From Fidelibacterota bacterium (lineage in GTDB: Bacteria > Fidelibacterota > Marinisomatia > Marinisomatales > S15-B10), in assembly GCA_046861655.1 (NCBI GenBank), contig JBHIAI010000044.1, positions 1-13,596 on the forward strand: DNA of 13,596 nucleotides. Direction: 5' to 3'. The notes under the pieces are model-generated. The model worked only from the letters and a program-made list of their open reading frames with translations, was not told the origin of the DNA and ran no database searches. Below, in pieces: positions 8,101-13,596 of the stretch (the stretch's first letter is position 1; the number at the start of each line of letters is the position of its first letter). Both the position numbers and the translations under genes were made by a program.

Positions 8101-8210
8101 GCGTAGTCATCGGCAAAGGTCCACACCAAGAGAAGAAGGAACACCAGGCTGGAAACGGCAAACAGGCGGTTAAGCCGGAAAATGTTGTAATGGCGTTCGT
8201 GTTTCTCCAC
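5199..8210 (-). CDS. Membrane-anchored octaheme cytochrome c, probable cytochrome c subunit of the Rieske/cyt b complex
   Basis: Seen: 1003 aa, GTG start 8 nt after the previous stop, N-terminal TM helix, long coiled coil, and eight CxxCH motifs (CTTCH, CTSCH, CFKCH, CFGCH, CMGCH, CYGCH, CQGCH, CSNCH). Confidence 0.9.
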   Translation of the reverse strand: MEKHERHYNIFRLNRLFAVSSLVFLLLLVWTFADDYARPWKSYQRQFRQLEIAHTAGELNGEIQRLSAREDYQQVKKRLSAARKDLEEREGDLKTLEKEASKLEARHYKAQQEHSFTKAKYDAAKYAYEEAVAGAHVDTLEARENLQRLETETHERRLAMEEAKRKLDEKLQSIRSMRREVHTARDSFSRLNRDVDLLIRKLKTIDPSSMTFANRIASLVRDLPVLDFLNPYYKIDQIILNDITQDLNFAQVPKVDRCTTCHLGIAKPGFEDAPQPFTTHPDLELFLATGSPHPVQQFGCTSCHGGRGRGTDFITSAHTPDSPEEEEEWSVRYEWHEMHHWDDPMFPVKYAEAGCFKCHSEEIFVRGADRLNLGTNLIERAGCFGCHTIERYKDKRRIGPDLNKIASKVSRDWAYLWIRNPKLFRHNTWMPRFFGLANTSDSASVTRTNNEIHAIVHYLFDNSGDFPLEPIPVKGDIQRGRDLTHSLGCMGCHRIEAEPTSEKTSLQSLRRDHGPNLIGLASKSNARWVYNWLKEPERYFPRTKMPNLRLTDRETADITAYLMSLPPREEFLQQEIPELREDVIDEVVLNFLSNMFSDYDSRQRLSGMNLEEKLDYAGEKLLRFYGCYGCHNIPGFEEEKPIGTELTEEGSKAVEKLDFGLLDIDHTRQSWFKHKLKHPRSFDRNKVKRPYEKLRMPNFEFTDTEADAIVTALLGFVKTSYGVKPIRSQNPDVHQGQWLVREYNCQGCHIIEGDGGAVRPTITEWLVETNDMDPAEAEEVSVDFSPPNLHTQGARTQPGWLFDFFKHPTIIRPSLRVRMPTFHLSDDEWNSIIKYFQFLEDEVNAYESPHTVDVQSIRYHAGEKLHEMGACSNCHFYGSTFPLGKPESWGPNLAMTRNRLRPEWVVDFLRDPQAIMPDTRMPKPYVPTDRDLEASDASEIFGRAVLSLKGNPEAMLWGLADYVFSLPGKTDITKEVTDYFDEHGYQFFKVEEEEWEEWEDWEE

Positions 8211-8218
8211 GGTAGACT

Positions 8219-9334
8219 CTAGATGTTAAAAAAGAACTCTGGAATGGCGATGATGTATTTCAGATTGAACAGCCATCTCAGATACATCTTGAAGGGAAGA
8301 GCCAGCATGCAGAGAAGCAGGAAGATGAAGATACCGAATTTCACGTTTCCCATATCCTGGTGAAGTTTTCTGAATACGGTTCTGGCCAGAAGGGGGGGAA
8401 CGGCAAGAAAATAGACGAGCACAGTCGCAAAGCCGAAAAATTCCCGGAGAAAGATATTGCCGGGCACCCCCGTATTCAGGAGTTTAATGTAGATCAACTC
8501 AGAGAGATTGATGTTGGTCATGGGCACCAGCTTGTGTACATCCCAGAATTCGAAGGGGCCGAAGAAATTCCAGTTGGGTCCTCTCAGGAACGTTCCCACC
8601 ATGATGAGCATGATCCAAAGGACCAGCCATCCGAAAAGAAAGATAGGGATGGCCAGGCTCCTTTTCTTGAAGCTGTAGAATCCGGACCCCTCCCGGTTGA
8701 TGTCAATGTAGGGAATGGCCATGAGTCCCAGAATGATCAAGGTGGGAAAGACCACCCCGGCCAGCCACGGATCAAAATAGACCAGCATCTCCTGAAGTCC
8801 CAGGAAGTACCAGGGGGCTTTGGAGGGATTCGGGGAATCGGTGGGGTTGGCGGGACCTTCCAGGGGGGCCTTGAGGGCGATGGACCAGACAAGAAGAAGG
8901 GACATCACCAGGATCAGGGCAATGAACTCAATGTACACCAGGTCGGGCCACACAAGGACTTTGTCCTCGGGATCGTGGAATTCCCCGGGCTTATCCCCTT
9001 CCTCCAGTCTTCTGTCATTCTGGAGGGCCTGATTCATGGCGATCCAGAGGAAGATGAAGACCAGAAACACCAGTCCCACGATGGGCACGTTATCGGGCTT
9101 GAGTACAATGAGCCGGAAATTCTCGTCCGTAATCCCGAAGGCGAAAAACGCCAGCAGGATGGCCAGCACCGCCAGGAACCCTTTCGGCGTCCAGATGGCG
9201 TTCAGGTGAAGCCTCCTGTTCCACTTCTCGAACCACTTGCTGGGAGGGAAAAGGAAAAGGAACGTGAGCATGGCCACCGGGAGCATCACCGTGGGTCGGA
9301 TCACCAGGTTGGTTATGGCTTTGAACGTTTCCAT
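8219..9334 (-). CDS. Cytochrome b C-terminal part (subunit IV/PetD-like) with N-terminal membrane extension
   Basis: Seen: polytopic 371-aa protein. 'WPDL' and 'GPANPTDSPNPSKAPWYF' align with the subunit IV WP... and PA[DN]P..TP...PEWYF motifs, followed by 'AIPYID'. Lies directly after the b6-like gene. Confidence 0.85.
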   Translation of the reverse strand: METFKAITNLVIRPTVMLPVAMLTFLFLFPPSKWFEKWNRRLHLNAIWTPKGFLAVLAILLAFFAFGITDENFRLIVLKPDNVPIVGLVFLVFIFLWIAMNQALQNDRRLEEGDKPGEFHDPEDKVLVWPDLVYIEFIALILVMSLLLVWSIALKAPLEGPANPTDSPNPSKAPWYFLGLQEMLVYFDPWLAGVVFPTLIILGLMAIPYIDINREGSGFYSFKKRSLAIPIFLFGWLVLWIMLIMVGTFLRGPNWNFFGPFEFWDVHKLVPMTNINLSELIYIKLLNTGVPGNIFLREFFGFATVLVYFLAVPPLLARTVFRKLHQDMGNVKFGIFIFLLLCMLALPFKMYLRWLFNLKYIIAIPEFFFNI

Positions 9335-9364
9335 CTGCCGGTATCGAGTTCAGAAGGGCCGGGA

Positions 9365-10168
9365 TCAGGTGGGCCCGGAAATGCCTCCGTCTTTTCGGAT
9401 TCGCCAGAAATGAACCCCCATGAATATGAGGATAATAAAGGGGAGCCCGATGCAGTGAAGGACGTAGAACCGGAGGAGGGCTCCCTCCCCCACGAATCTT
9501 CCCCCCAGGAGCGCAAACCGGGCATCGCTCGTCGACTGGATAAAGTTGATGTCCCCTATGCTCAACAGGGAGGCACCGGGGCCTTCATGCCCCAGGAACG
9601 GGGTCGCCCGGGCCATATTGGAACCGACGGTGATGGCCCAGATGGCCAGCTGATCCCACGGGAGCAGATATCCTGTAAAACTCAGGAGCAGGGTGAGAGT
9701 GAGAAGAAGCACTCCCACCACCCAGTTGAATTCCCGGGGGGGCTTGTAGGAGCCGGTCATGAACACTCTGAACATGTGAAGCCACACGGTGATCACCATG
9801 GCGTGGGCACCCCACCGATGGATTTCCCTCATGATACCCAGGGGTACCTGCTCCCTCAAATCCATGATGTCGGTGTAGGCGTATTCCACTGTGGGGCGGT
9901 AGTAGAACATGAGGAGGATTCCTGATATGGTGAGTACCAGAAACAGGAAGAAAGACAGCCCTCCCATGCACCAGGTGAATTTGAGCTTCACCGCATGCCG
10001 GGGAAGCCTTACCGGGTGCAGGTGAAGGAACACGCTGTTCAGGATGGACATCATCCGCTGGCGGCGGGTCACAGGAACGCCGGTCCGGAAAATGGACTTC
10101 CACAGTTGGCTGCCGCCGATTCTTTCGGGAAGGGGGCGCTTCTTTTTCTCTTCAGGATTGGGCGACAT
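9365..10168 (-). CDS. petB: Cytochrome b N-terminal part (cytochrome b6/QcrB-like)
   Basis: Seen: WCMGG, '[12 protein letters not shown]', HRWGAH...LHMFRV, 'PREFNWVVG', 'TGYLLPWDQ', 'RFYVLH...[15 protein letters not shown]'. All four heme-b His ligands present. Confidence 0.93.
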   Translation of the reverse strand: MSPNPEEKKKRPLPERIGGSQLWKSIFRTGVPVTRRQRMMSILNSVFLHLHPVRLPRHAVKLKFTWCMGGLSFFLFLVLTISGILLMFYYRPTVEYAYTDIMDLREQVPLGIMREIHRWGAHAMVITVWLHMFRVFMTGSYKPPREFNWVVGVLLLTLTLLLSFTGYLLPWDQLAIWAITVGSNMARATPFLGHEGPGASLLSIGDINFIQSTSDARFALLGGRFVGEGALLRFYVLHCIGLPFIILIFMGVHFWRIRKDGGISGPT

Positions 10169-10190
10169 GGGGTGGGATTCCTTTCATTGC

Positions 10191-10748
10191 CTAGACAACC
10201 AGAAACGATTCCGGATCGTTCCATTCTCCTTTTTCGTACTGATATTTCTTGGTCTTGTCCACCTGGATCTGACCGTCATCGGCGAGGACGATCCTGAACC
10301 GTTCCAGAGGACGGGGGGCCGGACCTTCAAAGTTGATCCCTGATTTTCTGAACCCGCTTCCGTGGCAGGGACACTTGAATTTCTGTTCGTTCTCCAGCCA
10401 GTTGGGTGTACACCCCAGATGGGTGCACACCGTTGAAAGGGCGTAGATGTATTCGGGTGTTCTTACCACCCAAATGGCGTGGCGCTTTTTCCACCTGATA
10501 TCCACCTCTCCCACTTTGTACTCATCGGAGAACCCGATCTTGAATGTCTGGGGAGGTTCGAAAAGAACGTTGGGGAACATGAATCTCACGATCATGGTGA
10601 GAAAGGCCCCGGTGGCAGCGGCGAACGCCACCCAGGCCACGGTGAGCCATGAGAAGAAAGACCGGCGGGTCATGCTCTCCGTGATGCTTCCCTTTCCCAC
10701 GGAGGCCCGGGTCCTGGGTGGTAGTTTCTTTTCCTTCAGGTTTTCCAT
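10191..10748 (-). CDS. petC: Rieske [2Fe-2S] subunit of quinol:cytochrome c oxidoreductase
   Basis: Seen: Tat motif TRRSFF plus TM helix, box I CTHLGC, box II CPCHGS, and GPAPRPL. Confidence 0.95.
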   Translation of the reverse strand: MENLKEKKLPPRTRASVGKGSITESMTRRSFFSWLTVAWVAFAAATGAFLTMIVRFMFPNVLFEPPQTFKIGFSDEYKVGEVDIRWKKRHAIWVVRTPEYIYALSTVCTHLGCTPNWLENEQKFKCPCHGSGFRKSGINFEGPAPRPLERFRIVLADDGQIQVDKTKKYQYEKGEWNDPESFLVV

Positions 10749-10760
10749 ATTCTCACGAGG

Positions 10761-11621
10761 TTACAGTTTCGAGGCGTTGAGGGCCGCGTTCCGGATTCTC
10801 ATATTCACGTCGGCCCCCGCCAGGTTGCGGATGGCGGCATCCAGAGATGAATCGTTCAGCTGGGACGCCGCATCGATGGCCACCACCACGGCCTCGGTCC
10901 GTTCGTAGCTGTCTACCTCCCTGAACTGGTCGAAATAGTTCATGTCCAGGAGATTCAGAAGAACTCGTTTGCCGGAATGGTCGCCCAGCCTGGCCAGGGC
11001 CACCGCGGAATTCCACACCACATTGGGCTCGGGATCCTTCAGAAGGGATTGAAGGGGTGGGATGCCCTGTGGAAACCCCATGTTTCCCAGGGCGATGGCC
11101 GCCCGGTTTCGAACCAGAGGAGAACGGTGATCCGTCATGGCGATGACCCGGTCCAGATCCGTTTCACTTCCGATGATTCCCAGGGCGAAAACGGCATCGG
11201 CAACCACCTCCTCGGAGTCATCCCGGAGACACCCGGAGACCGTTTCAGAGAATGTCGCCATCCGGGTCTGGCCCATGGCGCGGATCAGGTACTGCTTTAC
11301 CCTGGGGTCCCGGTCGTCTTCGGCATAGTCAAAGGCCGACAACATCTGGGCCACGAACCGGTCGGAGTCGGGTATCCGGTCGGGATCGGACAGAATCTTC
11401 GATAGTTCAAAGGCCGACTGCCACCTCTTGGAGGCACTCCCGATCTTGACGTCTTGAAGGTAGTCCTCCACCGTCTTGGGTTCGTGAGTCAGAATGAGCC
11501 AGATCCAGTAGAAAATCAGAACGCTGACCGCGGTGATTACGAACGGCAGGATAAAGAAGGAATGTATGTTGACCCGTATGGGGGATTCTTTTTTCGTAGA
11601 CTCAGTCACACGATTCTGCAT
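10761..11621 (-). CDS. Membrane-anchored HEAT-repeat (PBS-lyase-like) protein
   Basis: Seen: one N-terminal TM helix and repeats such as 'DPRVKQYLIRAMG', 'SEEVVADAVFALG', 'SPLVRNRAAIALG', 'DPEPNVVWNSAVALARLG'. Ends 12 nt upstream of the Rieske gene. Confidence 0.85.
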   Translation of the reverse strand: MQNRVTESTKKESPIRVNIHSFFILPFVITAVSVLIFYWIWLILTHEPKTVEDYLQDVKIGSASKRWQSAFELSKILSDPDRIPDSDRFVAQMLSAFDYAEDDRDPRVKQYLIRAMGQTRMATFSETVSGCLRDDSEEVVADAVFALGIIGSETDLDRVIAMTDHRSPLVRNRAAIALGNMGFPQGIPPLQSLLKDPEPNVVWNSAVALARLGDHSGKRVLLNLLDMNYFDQFREVDSYERTEAVVVAIDAASQLNDSSLDAAIRNLAGADVNMRIRNAALNASKL

Positions 11622-11654
11622 CAGTAAGGATTCACCTGCCCGGCCAAAGGTGCG

Positions 11655-11684
11655 AATTTACAATACGGGCCTCCTCACGGGCAA
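11655..11684 (-). promoter_or_regulatory. Possible sigma70 promoter of the Rieske/cyt b operon
   Basis: Seen on minus strand: TTGCCC-N18-TAAATT upstream of the HEAT gene. Weak match. Confidence 0.3.
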
Positions 11685-11749
11685 AGGTAAATCGTCCCAA
11701 TTGAGGCACGGGGCAAGATTCATTCGGGCAAGTCTGAGTCTGGCAGGGT

Positions 11750-11838
11750 TGGTACCGGGGAAGGGATTCGAACCCTCATCCCGCAAAGGCGAGACCAGAT
11801 CCTAAGTCTGGCGCGTCTACCCGTTCCGCCACCCCGGC
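11750..11838 (-). tRNA. tRNA-Leu (anticodon TAG)
   Basis: Seen on minus strand: acceptor stem GCCGGGG/CCCCGGT, D-arm TGGCGGAACGGGTAGACGC, anticodon arm CCAGA-CTTAGGA-TCTGG, long variable arm CTCGC-CTTT-GCGGG, T-loop TTCGAAT, discriminator A and encoded CCA. Confidence 0.96.
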
Positions 11839-11842
11839 ATAC

Positions 11843-11878
11843 AGGGAGTTGAGGATTCGATTGAATCCTGCACTCCCT
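11843..11878. repeat. Inverted repeat / RNA hairpin between secA and tRNA-Leu
   Basis: Seen: AGGGAGT-tg-AGGATTC-gatt-GAATCCT-gc-ACTCCCT, two perfect 7-bp stems. No U-tract after it on the minus strand. Confidence 0.7.
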
Positions 11879-11881
11879 TCG

Positions 11882-13596
11882 TCAGGCGCCGTGACATTTC
11901 TTGTATTTCTTTCCGCTCCCACAGGGGCAGGGCTCATTCCGTCCGATTTTCTTGCCGACCCGTACAGGCTGGGGCCGGCCCTGGGTCACGGAAGCCTGCT
12001 GCTGCGGGGGTTGTCCCCCTTGAGATGGAGAAGCGGAAAAGCCCATTCCCATAGTCTCGTCATGCCGGGCTCTCACCCCTCTGGCCGGGGTCCTCCCCCT
12101 CAGAGAAGGAGCCCGTTCCATTCCCTGAAGCTGGGTGCGGTACAGCCTTCGCACCGTCTCCCGGTTAACTTCCTGAAGGAATTCAAGAAACATATGAAAT
12201 CCTTCGGACTTGTACTCCAAGAGGGGGTCTTTCTGACCGTACGCCCTGAGGTTAATCCCTTCCCGGAGTTGATCCATGGCATACAGGTGATCCTTCCACT
12301 TCTCATCGATGGTCCGAAGAACCACATACCGTTCAAATGCCCGCATGATTTCCGAGGGTACCAGGCTCTCCCTTGCGCCGTAGACTGCCTCGGCCCGTTC
12401 CAGGATGGCCTCGCGAAGGCGATCCTGGGTGATATGATCCTCGGACATCCCGTCCATTTCAATGGTCAGGGTAGAGGACAATTCTTTTCCCATTTCCTCC
12501 CAATTCCAGAGGGTTGGATCGTCCCCCGAATCGGCATGCTGCTCCAGCAATTCTGACACGTAGTCCTGCAGAATCGCTTCGATTTCTTCCCGGATGTCTT
12601 CCTGCTGGAGTGCCTCGTTCCTCCGGCTGTACACCACTTCCCTTTGCTGGTTCATCACATCATCGTATTCCAGGAGCCGTTTTCGAATGGCGAAATTCCT
12701 GGCCTCCACCTTTTTCTGAGCTCTCTCGATGGATCTTGTGACCATGGAATGAGTGATGACCTCTCCCTCCTCAACTCCCAGTCTGTCCATGATGCGCGCA
12801 ATTCGTTCACTGCCAAACAACCGCATCAGGTCGTCCTCAAGGCTCAAGTAAAACCGGGAAGAGCCGGGATCGCCCTGGCGGCCCGAGCGTCCCCGAAGCT
12901 GAAGGTCGATCCTCCGGGCTTCGTGCCGCTCAGTCCCGATGATGTGGAGACCCCCCTTGTCCGTGACCCCCTCGCCCAACTTGATATCCGTCCCCCGTCC
13001 CGCCATATTGGTGGCGATGGTCACCGCCCCGGGATGTCCCGCCCGGGCCACAATCTCGGCTTCGCTCTGATGGTGTTTGGCGTTCAGGACATTGTGAGGA
13101 ATCCCCTTGCGTTTTAACATCCGGGACAGAGTTTCCGAAACCTCCACGCTGATGGTTCCCACCAGGACCGGTTGACCGCGCTGGTGACAGTCGGCGATCT
13201 CATCCAGAACGGCCTTGTATTTTTCCCGCTTGGTCTTGTATACCTGGTCCTCGTGATCAATCCGTATGACGGGTTCATTGGTAGGGATCACGGTCACATC
13301 GAGCCCGTAGATGGAATGAAGTTCCTCCGACTCGGTCTCCGCCGTTCCCGTCATGCCGGACAGTTTCTCATAGAGACGGAAATAATTTTGGATGGTGATG
13401 GTGGCCAGGGTTTGAGTCTCCCTCTCGATGGTCACGTTTTCTTTGGCCTCCAGGGCCTGATGGAGACCCTCGCTGTACCTCCGCCCGGGGAGAATGCGCC
13501 CGGTAAATTCATCCACGATGAGGACTTTCCCCTCCTGAACCACGTACTCCACGTCCTTCTCATACAATGAGTAGGCCCTGAGCAGCTGGGAGATGT
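11882..13596 (-). CDS. secA: Preprotein translocase ATPase SecA (5'-truncated by the window edge)
   Basis: Seen: [73 protein letters not shown] and the SEC-C motif [19 protein letters not shown]. The frame stays open past 13567 ([14 protein letters not shown]) to the edge. Confidence 0.98.
   Translation of the reverse strand, partial: ISQLLRAYSLYEKDVEYVVQEGKVLIVDEFTGRILPGRRYSEGLHQALEAKENVTIERETQTLATITIQNYFRLYEKLSGMTGTAETESEELHSIYGLDVTVIPTNEPVIRIDHEDQVYKTKREKYKAVLDEIADCHQRGQPVLVGTISVEVSETLSRMLKRKGIPHNVLNAKHHQSEAEIVARAGHPGAVTIATNMAGRGTDIKLGEGVTDKGGLHIIGTERHEARRIDLQLRGRSGRQGDPGSSRFYLSLEDDLMRLFGSERIARIMDRLGVEEGEVITHSMVTRSIERAQKKVEARNFAIRKRLLEYDDVMNQQREVVYSRRNEALQQEDIREEIEAILQDYVSELLEQHADSGDDPTLWNWEEMGKELSSTLTIEMDGMSEDHITQDRLREAILERAEAVYGARESLVPSEIMRAFERYVVLRTIDEKWKDHLYAMDQLREGINLRAYGQKDPLLEYKSEGFHMFLEFLQEVNRETVRRLYRTQLQGMERAPSLRGRTPARGVRARHDETMGMGFSASPSQGGQPPQQQASVTQGRPQPVRVGKKIGRNEPCPCGSGKKYKKCHGA

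Noticed and set aside
5199..8210. Octaheme as a HAO/ONR/OTR-type catalytic enzyme
   Set aside because: Hemes are widely spaced in repeated class I domains and there is no CxxCK motif. The architecture fits electron transfer.
8360..9925. 521-aa plus-strand ORF, and other long antisense ORFs (5262..6569, 7257..8222, 2297..3181, 11849..12556)
   Set aside because: They lie almost entirely opposite well-supported genes and show no recognisable motifs. Such shadows are expected from codon bias in GC-rich DNA.
10761..11621. HEAT protein as a CpcE/F-like lyase attaching heme ci
   Set aside because: The similarity is only the generic repeat. Its likely periplasmic orientation is opposite to the cytoplasmic-side heme ci site.
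11679..11732. Three GGGCAA copies downstream of the tRNA
   Set aside because: Only 6-7 bp with irregular spacing, so plausible by chance. Not a CRISPR array or a supportable operator.
11750..11838. tRNA-Leu as an island integration site
   Set aside because: No integrase, no duplicated tRNA 3' end (only a short chance TGGTACCGG inside a CDS near 5632), and no obvious compositional shift.

Overview
GC-rich bacterial window with every supported gene on the minus strand. The SecA sequence looks FCB-superphylum-like, which is an inference only. In transcription order it holds: the 3' part of secA; tRNA-Leu(TAG); and a Rieske/cytochrome b operon (membrane-anchored HEAT-repeat protein, Tat-exported Rieske protein, split b6-type cytochrome b plus an extended subunit IV, a 1003-aa octaheme cytochrome c, and a cupredoxin-like periplasmic protein). 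A second unit follows with its own candidate sigma70 promoter and Rrf2-type operator. It encodes an Fe-S Rrf2 regulator, a Cyc2-like fused monoheme cytochrome-porin, a diheme cytochrome c, a Met-rich acidic lipoprotein and a second cupredoxin-like paralog. The main hypothesis is an Fe-S/NO-regulated conduit carrying electrons from the outer membrane to the quinone pool, organised like the Acidithiobacillus Cyc2/Cyc1/rusticyanin/bc1 chain but built from different parts. Substrate and direction of electron flow cannot be read from the sequence.
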